Below, piece after piece: positions 29,452 through 38,214 of a DNA stretch of 64,000 nucleotides. Within the stretch, counting starts at the first letter, position 1, and each line of letters opens with the position of its first letter. Below the pieces are notes generated by a model. The model did not search any database. It was not told the origin of the DNA and saw only the letters and a program-made list of their open reading frames with translations. The stretch lies in the sequence record PV730300.1. One strand, 5' to 3'. The position numbers and the translations under genes were made by a program. This DNA is from a phage.

Positions 29452-30242
29452 TTTTTAGCACCTACTTTAACAACCCACTCTCCGAACTCTTCAGATAAGA
29501 GTTTGTCATAAAGCTCTGAATCTGTCAAGTCTAAATCTTTAATGCCAATAAAACCAACATTATCATAAGCATTTGCCAGTTCTTTCAGGAAGCCAAACTT
29601 CTCATTACCAACGCCAACCATGAACCAATAGATAGGCTTATTCTTATTTTCTTCAATAAGACGACGAACAGCACTAGGATCACCATTCTCACCATCCGTC
29701 TGGAAGAATACAACACCAGGGGTAACGTCAGCACCTGGTTCAGATACAGCTACAACTTTTTCACGCTCTACAGACACTGTTTCAGTTTTACCAAGCAGAC
29801 GATTAAAGAAGCCTTTCTTTGGAGCCTCCTCTTGTACCACTTGTTTAGTGGTAATATATTTAGTAACAGTGCCAAAATACTCATCGTAGATATCCGCCAT
29901 TACAGGGGCGTAATTTGTTCCACCTCCGATACGAACATTACGCATACATTTACCAACATAGTCATCGTAAACATCTGCTGTTGCTGGAGTAAGCTCTTGG
30001 GAACTCGTATTGAAGGCCCACATATCAATTTGTTGATTATCGTCGAACAGCATACCAAAAGGAAGCAGTTTACCTACAAAATCACTCACTACCCCACTAG
30101 AATATAGACCATGCATACTACCAGAAATATCTAGAGCACATGCTACACGAAGAACAATCTTACCTTCATTCAGGTTCTTATTCTTTTTCAGAGAGAAAGC
30201 AAGGTTTTCTTGACGTTTTTTCAGGCTGATTTTCTCGGACAT
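29448..30242 (-). CDS. vWA-domain protein (TerY/TerF-like) with TerD-like N-terminus (264 aa)
   Basis: MIDAS-type DISGSM motif; N-terminal EKISLKK as in TerD family. Confidence 0.55.
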   Translation of the reverse strand: MSEKISLKKRQENLAFSLKKNKNLNEGKIVLRVACALDISGSMHGLYSSGVVSDFVGKLLPFGMLFDDNQQIDMWAFNTSSQELTPATADVYDDYVGKCMRNVRIGGGTNYAPVMADIYDEYFGTVTKYITTKQVVQEEAPKKGFFNRLLGKTETVSVEREKVVAVSEPGADVTPGVVFFQTDGENGDPSAVRRLIEENKNKPIYWFMVGVGNEKFGFLKELANAYDNVGFIGIKDLDLTDSELYDKLLSEEFGEWVVKVGAKK

Positions 30243-30243
30243 A

Positions 30244-30522
30244 TTATTTCTCCTTCTTAAGTGTAATATTGGTAACTTCTAAATCTACTTCCACCATATT
30301 TGTATCTGGTGGGATGCAATGAGTATAGCCTCGTTGTGCTAGTGATCCATTAATACAAATCGCACTGTTTGTGGAATTTTTAATGAACACCAAGTTACGG
30401 TAGGTATCCAACCCTGCGTCTTCATAGGCATCATAATACATGAATGTGGCCCCTACGTCAAGATCTTCGAAAGCAATAGGTAAATCCTGACACTTTTCTT
30501 CTTGAATATTGAATCTAAACAC
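30244..30522 (-). CDS. hypothetical protein, paralog of 28953-29222 (GTG start)
   Basis: GGAGG then GTG start gives an N-terminus aligned with its paralog; longer track ORF would overlap the upstream gene by about 70 nt. Confidence 0.45.
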   Translation of the reverse strand: MFRFNIQEEKCQDLPIAFEDLDVGATFMYYDAYEDAGLDTYRNLVFIKNSTNSAICINGSLAQRGYTHCIPPDTNMVEVDLEVTNITLKKEK

Positions 30523-31078
30523 GCATACCTCCTCTACCAATTTTGAAGCCCAAATCGTAAGCTTCCTTAGTGATCTTTTGTAACTCACTTATAGGAAGTG
30601 TTACAAGAGGATCATCTTCTTCAATTTCCATCTTGTCATCTTCTGTTTCAATGAGAGTATTATGCACTTTGTGATAAGGGTTGTCAACACGTTTAAACTT
30701 ATTCTTTTCTGTGCTGAAAAAACAATCTGGATCTTCTTCACCATCACCCCAACCTTGATTAGGATCTCCGTCAGATTGTTCTGTAGGGATTTCACCTGTA
30801 AAGTACTCTTCCAGCACCATAGCGATACCGTCCCTTGGATTTGAGGAATGCATTAAATCACAAACCTTACCCCAATCCATAGCCCATTCGAACCGTTCAC
30901 GAACGCCATTTTCATCCTCCTTTCCAGAGAAAACACAACCATAACTATCATAGTTGCCATACATCTCTTCAATAACAGCACCGTCCTTCAAAAGAAAGAG
31001 ATAACAAGGTGATCCGTCGAAAGAAGTAGAAAGGGCAGCTTTGCCCGATTCCTTACACAAAAAACTAAAACAACCCAT
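30515..31078 (-). CDS. hypothetical acidic protein (187 aa)
   Basis: ORF; Asp/Glu-rich C-terminal half. Confidence 0.45.
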   Translation of the reverse strand: MGCFSFLCKESGKAALSTSFDGSPCYLFLLKDGAVIEEMYGNYDSYGCVFSGKEDENGVRERFEWAMDWGKVCDLMHSSNPRDGIAMVLEEYFTGEIPTEQSDGDPNQGWGDGEEDPDCFFSTEKNKFKRVDNPYHKVHNTLIETEDDKMEIEEDDPLVTLPISELQKITKEAYDLGFKIGRGGMRV

Positions 31079-31281
31079 TACAAACCCTCCTTCAGATTAT
31101 CAAGAGCTACAGTGGTTTCACAAAAGTCTCCATACGTTTTATGATGTTCCAGAAAAGCTTCGGGTCCACCCCAATCATTGTCTTGTGTATTCCAGCCATC
31201 AATAAAAGCATCTTCAATGATTGTGATCAGTTCTTGTCGGGTTAACTGGATAATATTAGGGTCGTTATCGTAGTTAAACAT
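31078..31281 (-). CDS. hypothetical protein (67 aa)
   Basis: ORF coupled to neighbours. Confidence 0.4.
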   Translation of the reverse strand: MFNYDNDPNIIQLTRQELITIIEDAFIDGWNTQDNDWGGPEAFLEHHKTYGDFCETTVALDNLKEGL

Positions 31282-31447
31282 CCTCTTCCTCCTCTAAAAT
31301 ATGGAACCCGTAATTACAATAGTCCTGAAAGGTTTCGTGCGCAAGATCTTCTATATCCTCTTGAGACATATCATCTTCAATTTCGATATCCACAACCTCA
31401 TTGCATCCACACCAAGCAGTTTCAATACTCACTCGTAATATTTTCAT
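31274..31447 (-). CDS. small acidic protein (57 aa), not in ORF track
   Basis: ATG overlaps the upstream stop (TAATG); ends overlapping the next start. Confidence 0.3.
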   Translation of the reverse strand: MKILRVSIETAWCGCNEVVDIEIEDDMSQEDIEDLAHETFQDYCNYGFHILEEEEDV

Positions 31448-31641
31448 TACTCCTCCTCATTGAAGTCAATATCTGCAAGGAGTTGGAATTTACGGAAGTT
31501 ACGACAACCTTCATAAATATAACAATCACGACAAACTGCTAGAACACTTGGGGGATATATGCCTCCCATCGGTGCGAATCGTTTTTCGTCATCATAACGG
31601 ACACCAATGTCTTCATCAATTATATAGATACGGATTCTCAT
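31447..31641 (-). CDS. hypothetical protein (64 aa)
   Basis: ORF coupled to neighbours. Confidence 0.4.
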   Translation of the reverse strand: MRIRIYIIDEDIGVRYDDEKRFAPMGGIYPPSVLAVCRDCYIYEGCRNFRKFQLLADIDFNEEE

Positions 31642-32750
31642 TTACCAAGCCCTCGTTTCACAGCAGCTACCATCCCGTCTTCCAGAGATTGAACTTCATT
31701 AATATAATCAACACGAGCAGCACGGGCTTCCGTATTGATGCGGTTAGTTTCTTCCAACATCTTAACCAAGTTTTCCTGATCGTGACGCAGAGTTTCAATA
31801 TCCAACACTTGACGGTTAGCCAGTGCTGCTGCTTCGATTTGATTCTGTGTGGCAAGATCGCTACCCAGTTTAATTGCCAGGTTAAATTCATCAAGAACGT
31901 TATTCTGCGTCTCTGCTGCTTTCATTTGACGTAAGCTTTCGATATACATTGAGAAGTTAGCAGAGTAAGCAGGAATAACATTATTTACTATGTTACGCGC
32001 AGATCGCATTAAGCTTGCAGAAACTTTTTGCATACCTTGTACACGCGGTCCCATTTGGACACACAGTAGGCGCAATGCTTTTAAATCTGCAATACGAATC
32101 TCCAGAAGATCCAAAGTATCTCGGATCACTTGTCGCTGTTCTACTGCATCTTCTGGAAGAGCAGCCAAAACTTGTTCTTCTTTTTCATAGGTTGCTGTTA
32201 GAAGCTGCATATCTCGGTTCAAACTTGCAGCATATTGTCCAATAGCTTGATGTAGCTTTTCAAGATATACCAAGGAATCTTCTTCTTTGCGAATATCCAT
32301 TTGAAGGTTCTTTACCAACTCTTCAATACGGTTATTAACATTATCAAACTCCCCGAACAGGTCTTCTTTCATACCCATAACTTTTTTAATGAGTTTAGTA
32401 ATACCTTTGCTTTGTTTAATAGAGTTTGGATCAAGTTGTTTTGCCTGTTTAATCAAAGCTGTGAGTCGTTCACTCATCTGATCGCCTTGATTACTACGTT
32501 GATGTTTTAATACCTCGGCATTCAAGGAACGCAAGGTTGTTCCTGCCTCTGCCCCAATCTCTTCGATCTCTTGTCGGGTCATAGAAGGCAAAACTGGAAC
32601 TTCTTGCGGTGCTGCTGGTGCGTAAACAGGACTGGCATCTAACACGCTTGGAGCGAATACAGATTTACTTGCATCTGTTGTTGCAGCGAATACACTCATT
32701 TCAGACTTCTTCTGACCACCAGTAGCTGCTTTTAAAAATGGACTTGTCAT
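31638..32750 (-). CDS. TelA-like (toxic anion resistance family) protein (370 aa)
   Basis: Size and extended coiled-coil character typical of TelA/KlaA proteins; sits with TerD, vWA and TerC genes. Confidence 0.5.
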   Translation of the reverse strand: MTSPFLKAATGGQKKSEMSVFAATTDASKSVFAPSVLDASPVYAPAAPQEVPVLPSMTRQEIEEIGAEAGTTLRSLNAEVLKHQRSNQGDQMSERLTALIKQAKQLDPNSIKQSKGITKLIKKVMGMKEDLFGEFDNVNNRIEELVKNLQMDIRKEEDSLVYLEKLHQAIGQYAASLNRDMQLLTATYEKEEQVLAALPEDAVEQRQVIRDTLDLLEIRIADLKALRLLCVQMGPRVQGMQKVSASLMRSARNIVNNVIPAYSANFSMYIESLRQMKAAETQNNVLDEFNLAIKLGSDLATQNQIEAAALANRQVLDIETLRHDQENLVKMLEETNRINTEARAARVDYINEVQSLEDGMVAAVKRGLGK

Positions 32751-33337
32751 TCTTCATTCTCCTCTTCTGCATCTCTTATATATGGTGAAACACCGTACTC
32801 TTTAGCTACTTTAACCCAATCATCCCATTTATACAACCATAATTTTCCTTCAGTTCCTTCTTTATCTGATTTCAACCACATATTAGGTTGCTTGCCTGGA
32901 TACATGCGATTAGGTTTACGATTATAACCTCTGACACATCTTGTCGCAAACCTATCTACCAGAACAAGAACATACTTATATTCGTGGTTCAACGGTTCTT
33001 TGGAAGTGGCTTTAGGATTAGCCCCTAATTCTGCTGCCAGTTTTTGCCAATGAGCACCGTGTCTACTAAATTTACCCATACAACCATCAATAGCATGAGC
33101 AATTTCGTGCTTCATTGTATCCACGATCATATCTCTTGTAGAGTTCTTATGCAAGTGCCAATTTACAACAACAATTTTATCTCGGTAGTTGCACCAACCG
33201 AAAGAGTTATTCACTTTGTTTCTAACACAAGCTTTATATCCTGCTTCACGTAACATGTTGTAGTAAACAGGAAAATCTTCTTTTATTTCCTGCATCACTT
33301 CCCACCACAAGAGTTGCAAGTCTCTCTCGGTATGCAT
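32747..33337 (-). CDS. SprT-like zinc metallopeptidase (196 aa)
   Basis: HEIAH (HExxH) motif in a SprT-like setting; overlaps the TelA-like gene stop. Confidence 0.5.
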   Translation of the reverse strand: MHTERDLQLLWWEVMQEIKEDFPVYYNMLREAGYKACVRNKVNNSFGWCNYRDKIVVVNWHLHKNSTRDMIVDTMKHEIAHAIDGCMGKFSRHGAHWQKLAAELGANPKATSKEPLNHEYKYVLVLVDRFATRCVRGYNRKPNRMYPGKQPNMWLKSDKEGTEGKLWLYKWDDWVKVAKEYGVSPYIRDAEEENEE

Positions 33338-33340
33338 AAC

Positions 33341-33934
33341 TTACACCTTAAAAGCGAAATACGTGGTCGTGGCTTCAAAATCAGGGCCAGATAAACTTGC
33401 ACTGAAATCTGAAATATTTGTAATTAAAAAGCTTTTATGCATACCTAACACAGCCACGCTTTCAATATCTTCTACTAACATTTCAATCATGTTAGAAACA
33501 TGGCTGAACGTAGAGTTTTGTTTTTTGATGGTGTAGAAAGAAAGATTCCCACCTGCTGTATAAGATACCTCTTCAAAATCTTTAATCGTATATTGTGTGC
33601 CATCAGTAAAGAAAATGGTAGCTTTATTAGTAGCACGTTTCTTGTTTTTTGGTCCTTTTTTACGTTTACTGCGAGTAGGCAAACCGTTTGGAAATACCGT
33701 AGCTACAAATTCTTCAGGAGAAACCTCCTTACCGAAATCATAACCGTAAGAAACAGCGTCTATAAACTCGTCGTCTTCATTTTTAAAATAATGAAAATAG
33801 GGCCAATTTGAGAGATTATCGAGCATCTTATGCTCATCCACAGCAGAGAACGTATCCCTCAAAGCACGTGTGATTTGTAAAGCATTAGGCAAACTTTTAA
33901 CACCTGTAATGGAAGTACGAATAGAAATTGTCAT
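33341..33934 (-). CDS. hypothetical protein (197 aa)
   Basis: ORF; basic KRKKGPKNKKR patch. Confidence 0.45.
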   Translation of the reverse strand: MTISIRTSITGVKSLPNALQITRALRDTFSAVDEHKMLDNLSNWPYFHYFKNEDDEFIDAVSYGYDFGKEVSPEEFVATVFPNGLPTRSKRKKGPKNKKRATNKATIFFTDGTQYTIKDFEEVSYTAGGNLSFYTIKKQNSTFSHVSNMIEMLVEDIESVAVLGMHKSFLITNISDFSASLSGPDFEATTTYFAFKV

Positions 33935-33948
33935 TGTTTTTCTCCTTA

Positions 33949-34386
33949 TTAACGTCGCTTGCTACGAGATGAACTCTTTTTACTTAAAGGGCTATTGTAA
34001 GATTTACGAGTTGTATAGCTACTATTTGTTTTAAAAGTTTGTCTCGGCTTTTCATAAGTTTTTATCTCTTGCTTAGGCTTACCATAAAAATTAGTTTTCG
34101 GTTTAGGTGTATTATAATGCTTATTAATAATCGTTCTGTTATCGTTATAATCCCCACTGTTACGATTACCACCACCACTCATCATATGCCCTAACAACAT
34201 ACCTGTAGCAAACTCACCAACACCGCTACTACTAGAACCGCCACCATTGTTGATAATAGTTGTATCTCCGTCAGATCCTTGTTGAGCGTATTGTTGAGGA
34301 GGTTGTTGGTATTGTGCAGGATTTGTTTCATCCTCGCAAGCTGTTAAAAAGATACAACCAATTAAAATCAGTGCTAGTTTTTTCAT
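33949..34386 (-). CDS. lipoprotein, Gly/Ser-rich (start at internal ATG)
   Basis: MKKLALILIGCIFLTAC signal peptide with lipobox cysteine; GAGGAAAG RBS before this ATG. Confidence 0.5.
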   Translation of the reverse strand: MKKLALILIGCIFLTACEDETNPAQYQQPPQQYAQQGSDGDTTIINNGGGSSSSGVGEFATGMLLGHMMSGGGNRNSGDYNDNRTIINKHYNTPKPKTNFYGKPKQEIKTYEKPRQTFKTNSSYTTRKSYNSPLSKKSSSRSKRR

Positions 34387-34573
34387 ATTTGCTTTCCTCA
34401 TTTTGACTATTAATACACCTGTGTTTGAAATCTCCAGAGAAGCAATAAAGTTGCTCTCCATCTCGGTATAAACTCACTTTACTGCCGTTGATTACGCTTG
34501 TCAATACAAAAATTACAACAAACAACCCTATTGCAAAACAAATATTTTCAAACACAACCAACAAGTATTTCAT
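34328..34573 (-). CDS. small membrane protein (81 aa)
   Basis: One hydrophobic helix; overlaps the lipoprotein gene start. Confidence 0.3.
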   Translation of the reverse strand: MKYLLVVFENICFAIGLFVVIFVLTSVINGSKVSLYRDGEQLYCFSGDFKHRCINSQNEESKYEKTSTDFNWLYLFNSLRG

Positions 34574-34920
34574 TTTAAAAATACCTCATCATCAGTTTCA
34601 TTATCCCAGAAGAACAAATCCCAACCATTCGGATCATTCCATTTGGCTGCTGGAGAAGTCCATATTTGTTCGATATCAATATTCAAAACTTCACCGTTTC
34701 GTTTTGAAACAGCTTTAGTTAATTCCCAACGAGATACAGGCTCTACTTCTCCTGAACCACTTCCACAACAAGCTACAACATTAGGAGGCAAATTAATTGG
34801 ATCTTTGGTCACAATCATAACGCTTACCCCAGGGTAAACTTTTGAAAGATAATCTAAAACGTAATCCACATCACCAGATAAATCCCAAATAAGTTCTTGA
34901 ATTTCATCAAAATTATTCAT
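34570..34920 (-). CDS. hypothetical protein (116 aa)
   Basis: ORF following the TerC gene. Confidence 0.45.
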   Translation of the reverse strand: MNNFDEIQELIWDLSGDVDYVLDYLSKVYPGVSVMIVTKDPINLPPNVVACCGSGSGEVEPVSRWELTKAVSKRNGEVLNIDIEQIWTSPAAKWNDPNGWDLFFWDNETDDEVFLK

Positions 34921-34962
34921 AAGTCTCTCCTATAAAATAGCCTCCCGAAGGAGGCTCATCTA

Positions 34963-35937
34963 TTAAACAGCAGCTTCTTCTTTTTCAGGGAAGATAAAGC
35001 TTGCAATAACACCCAGAGCTAATGTGCCTAGAACAATCATCAGACTTACGTTAGGGGAAATATCATGCGGGAGGAATGACCACTTGGCATGAAGTGTTTC
35101 ACCGAACGGGTGATACATAAGTTTAGCACCAACAAACACCAGAACCACAGCAACAGCTTTCTCTAAGTGAACCAGATATTTCACAGCTACACTCAACACA
35201 AAGAAAAGTGCACGTAAACCAAGAACAGCCATCAGCATTGCAGAATAAACTAGCAGAGGTTCTTGTGTCACACCGATCACAGCCGGAACTGAATCAAAAG
35301 AGAAGACAATATCTGTAAGCTCAATAACAAACACACAAAGAAGAGCAGGAGTTGCATATTTAATACCATTCTTAATGGTGATGAACTTTTCACCATCCAG
35401 CGCATTGTGCACAGGCAGAACTTTACCTACTAAACGAACAGCCCAATGCTTAGAGTAATCAATATCCTCTTCTTCGTCACCACCTTTGATGATAGCCACG
35501 GCAGACCAAGCTACAATCAAACCGAACAACACTTGGACCGACCAATGAAGGTTAAACAAAGCGGTCCCTGCTGCAACAAAAATACCTCGGAAGACAATGG
35601 CTCCTGCAATCCCCCAAAGTAAAATCTTATGTTGGAGATGTGTACTCTTAATTCCAAAGCTTGCAAAAATTGCCATGAACACCATCAGGTTATCTACAGA
35701 AAGACTCTTTTCCAACACATAGCCACTTAAGAAAAGCGCGGCAAACTCTTTACCATGTTCTACCCAAATGAATGCGTAATATCCTAAAGCTAAAGCAATC
35801 CAAAAAACAGACCAAAGCAAAGCAGATTTAATTCCAATTTCTTTATTCTCTTTATGACCAAAGAAATCGATACCAATAGACAATGCCAAAATACCAACTA
35901 AAACAACTACATCAATAATTGGGAAACCGAGTTGCAT
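34963..35937 (-). CDS. TerC-family integral membrane protein (324 aa)
   Basis: Multiple transmembrane segments and the TerC-type EKSLSVDNLMVF motif; preceded by an early-type promoter-hairpin cassette. Confidence 0.75.
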   Translation of the reverse strand: MQLGFPIIDVVVLVGILALSIGIDFFGHKENKEIGIKSALLWSVFWIALALGYYAFIWVEHGKEFAALFLSGYVLEKSLSVDNLMVFMAIFASFGIKSTHLQHKILLWGIAGAIVFRGIFVAAGTALFNLHWSVQVLFGLIVAWSAVAIIKGGDEEEDIDYSKHWAVRLVGKVLPVHNALDGEKFITIKNGIKYATPALLCVFVIELTDIVFSFDSVPAVIGVTQEPLLVYSAMLMAVLGLRALFFVLSVAVKYLVHLEKAVAVVLVFVGAKLMYHPFGETLHAKWSFLPHDISPNVSLMIVLGTLALGVIASFIFPEKEEAAV

Positions 35938-36013
35938 TCTTTTCTCCTCTCTTTGCGGGGAACTATTCCCCGCTTCATGTGATATATCTTACTCTTTTTA
36001 AGAACTGTGTCAA
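35938..36013 (-). promoter_or_regulatory. early-type promoter-hairpin-RBS cassette driving the TerC gene
   Basis: On minus strand: TTGACA, 16-nt spacer, TAAGAT, ATATCACAT, GCGGGGAA-tag-TTCCCCGC hairpin, AAAGAGAGGAGAAAAGA, ATG; same layout as the 57.6-64 kb cassettes. Confidence 0.6.
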
Positions 36014-36016
36014 CAC

Positions 36017-36238
36017 TTATTTTGTTGAATGAGAGGAAAAGATTCCTCGTAATACCGCCAGAATAAACGAAACACAAACCACGGTCCAGAAGGTTACTGG
36101 GACAGTGATATCTGCATGACCCATAACTTCAGCAACATAGTTGTAAGCCAGCAACAGTAACCAAGCTGGAATCAAACTAAGCATAAAAGCAATAACAAAA
36201 AAGCTTACCACTGCAACAATACCTGCAAAAACACCCAT
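36017..36238 (-). CDS. small membrane protein (73 aa)
   Basis: Two hydrophobic helices. Confidence 0.4.
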   Translation of the reverse strand: MGVFAGIVAVVSFFVIAFMLSLIPAWLLLLAYNYVAEVMGHADITVPVTFWTVVCVSFILAVLRGIFSSHSTK

Positions 36239-36250
36239 ACTAATCTCCTC

Positions 36251-36724
36251 TTAAAGTTTATAAATAGTTACATCGTGACCTGTTTTTACTAAAGTTTCTT
36301 CAATCATCACTTGGATGATAGCCCAATTACCTCCAGCATATCCAGCGCCAATCATAGGTAAGCCGATCTTACATTTTTGGTCACGGAGAAGCAAATCATT
36401 AGCCATAGCTATTAGTGCATCGTAAAGTGCATCATAGTCCAACTGACGACCTTTAGCATTGTATCCGTAACGGTATTGCCCGTATAGATTATATACCAAA
36501 GGGTCTGATTGTTCGTCTGGCACCCCTAAACTAAAAGAACCTAACTTACTTTGATCACCAGCCATTGTGTCTAAATCTGCCGCATATGCATAAGGGAATG
36601 CTCGTTTAATTTGCGGAGCAATTCCTGCTCCCATGTTACACATACAATTGCAACAATGAGCAATAACAGTTACTTCACCTGCTTTAGCGGCATCAATAAG
36701 ATTACCTGTTTTCGTTTTAAGCAT
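36251..36724 (-). CDS. macrodomain protein, TARG1/OARD1-like (157 aa)
   Basis: IAHCCNCMCNMGAGIA and C-terminal IGLPMIGAGYAGGNW...DVTIYKL align by eye with TARG1 (LAHCISEDCRMGAGIA ... LSMPRIGCGLDRLQW...DIKITVYTL). Confidence 0.6.
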   Translation of the reverse strand: MLKTKTGNLIDAAKAGEVTVIAHCCNCMCNMGAGIAPQIKRAFPYAYAADLDTMAGDQSKLGSFSLGVPDEQSDPLVYNLYGQYRYGYNAKGRQLDYDALYDALIAMANDLLLRDQKCKIGLPMIGAGYAGGNWAIIQVMIEETLVKTGHDVTIYKL

Positions 36725-36736
36725 TTTAGCTCCTTA

Positions 36737-37564
36737 TTACAGAATGTGTTGTTTTGTGTAACGATCCAAGAATTCAAAGTTTTCAGCATACTTTGAAATT
36801 CGGTTGTAACCTTCTCCCAAGCATCCAAAGAAAAGTTGCTCTACATAGTAGTGTGGCAATTGACTAAGAATGATTTTGAAGTCTTCATGATTTTGGCCCA
36901 TAAGATATTTAATAGGACGAACAAGACACTGTGCATCACGTTCTTCATTAATCATTTTAACAAATGCTTCTGGTGTATTAATGTAGTTAAAATTCAGTTT
37001 AGCTTCGGTATCTGCTTGATTACCTTCATATTTTGCAAAATACAGGAAGTAAACATCATTTTTAACTTGATTTTCATCAAGAATCTCAATCAGTTTGTCT
37101 TCATGCGTTCCAGTGATATTTACATCATCAATGAATACAAGCTTCTTATCACCCCAGAATTCTTTGTTGCAGTAGAATGTATCCCCATCAATAAGTTTCT
37201 TACGACTAGCTTTATCCAAGAAACCATAATCGTTGATATAGCTAACTTTACGATGAATAATGTCCAGTTCTGCTGAACGACCTTGATCATATTGTGATTG
37301 CAACATGTTAAAGTAATTAATAAAATGATCTGTCATCATTGTTGCAGCATTATGCACATGGTTGTAAGGAGAAGGAATGATAACAAATTGTTCCCCAATA
37401 TGTTTCATTGCCACTTGAGCAAAAAACTGAAGTGCCAATTCTTTACCCATACGACGCGCGGCTTGGTTACTACCAAATTTCAATTTTGAATAATCTTGGA
37501 TATCAAAAGTAGCAGTTTCCAGGTCATCAAATTTATTTGCAAAAATTTGAGTTTGATTACGCAT
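36737..37564 (-). CDS. phosphoribosyltransferase-domain protein (275 aa)
   Basis: KLVFIDDVNITGTHED resembles the PRPP-binding motif of type I PRTases. Confidence 0.55.
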   Translation of the reverse strand: MRNQTQIFANKFDDLETATFDIQDYSKLKFGSNQAARRMGKELALQFFAQVAMKHIGEQFVIIPSPYNHVHNAATMMTDHFINYFNMLQSQYDQGRSAELDIIHRKVSYINDYGFLDKASRKKLIDGDTFYCNKEFWGDKKLVFIDDVNITGTHEDKLIEILDENQVKNDVYFLYFAKYEGNQADTEAKLNFNYINTPEAFVKMINEERDAQCLVRPIKYLMGQNHEDFKIILSQLPHYYVEQLFFGCLGEGYNRISKYAENFEFLDRYTKQHIL

Positions 37565-38213
37565 TTACAATTTCTCCTCTTTTAAGTTTCTCTAGTAAGT
37601 CGTTAGGGTTCTTAATATGACAGAAGTTAAATCCTAAGTCAACACATTTTCCATCATATTCTTCACTATCGCCTACGTGCAATACTTCGTGCCCTAACAG
37701 AGGGATCGGAGAATACGTGAGCGTGCGAGCAAAGAATCGCGGATCTGGTTTACAAAGTAAAGCTTCATCCGAGAAATGGGTGAACTCAAAACAATTCCAA
37801 CTATCAAACTTACAAGCACGACGCAGGATATCCCCTGATATAAAGTTGGTATTGCTCTTAATACTCAAATCATAACGTCCCGAAAGATACAGCAAGTACA
37901 TCGGCAGATCCACGGCTACGTGTGGTGGAAACTTAAGGAACCACTGTTCACACTCAAAACGAAGCTTTGCAGACTTCCAAGGCGTTATCCCAAGTTCAGA
38001 ACCAAGTCTTTCCCAGGCGTATGCTGCACACTCGGCTTTGCCTTGAAGTGCTGCATTATCCAGTTCCTTTTTGATCTTCTTATAAGCTGCTCTTGCTTCC
38101 ACTTCTGTAATATCTCCATATTTTGCGATAGTCCAGGCTCGCATATCTGCGTAATTGGAGTTTGCTGTGATCAGTGTGTTCCATACATCAAAAGAGATAT
38201 GTTTAATAGTCAT
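37557..38213 (-). CDS. HAD-superfamily hydrolase-like protein (218 aa)
   Basis: N-terminal FDVWNTL (haloacid-dehalogenase-type motif I variant) and distal HVGDS motif. Confidence 0.5.
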   Translation of the reverse strand: MTIKHISFDVWNTLITANSNYADMRAWTIAKYGDITEVEARAAYKKIKKELDNAALQGKAECAAYAWERLGSELGITPWKSAKLRFECEQWFLKFPPHVAVDLPMYLLYLSGRYDLSIKSNTNFISGDILRRACKFDSWNCFEFTHFSDEALLCKPDPRFFARTLTYSPIPLLGHEVLHVGDSEEYDGKCVDLGFNFCHIKNPNDLLEKLKRGEIVNA

Positions 38214-38214
38214 A

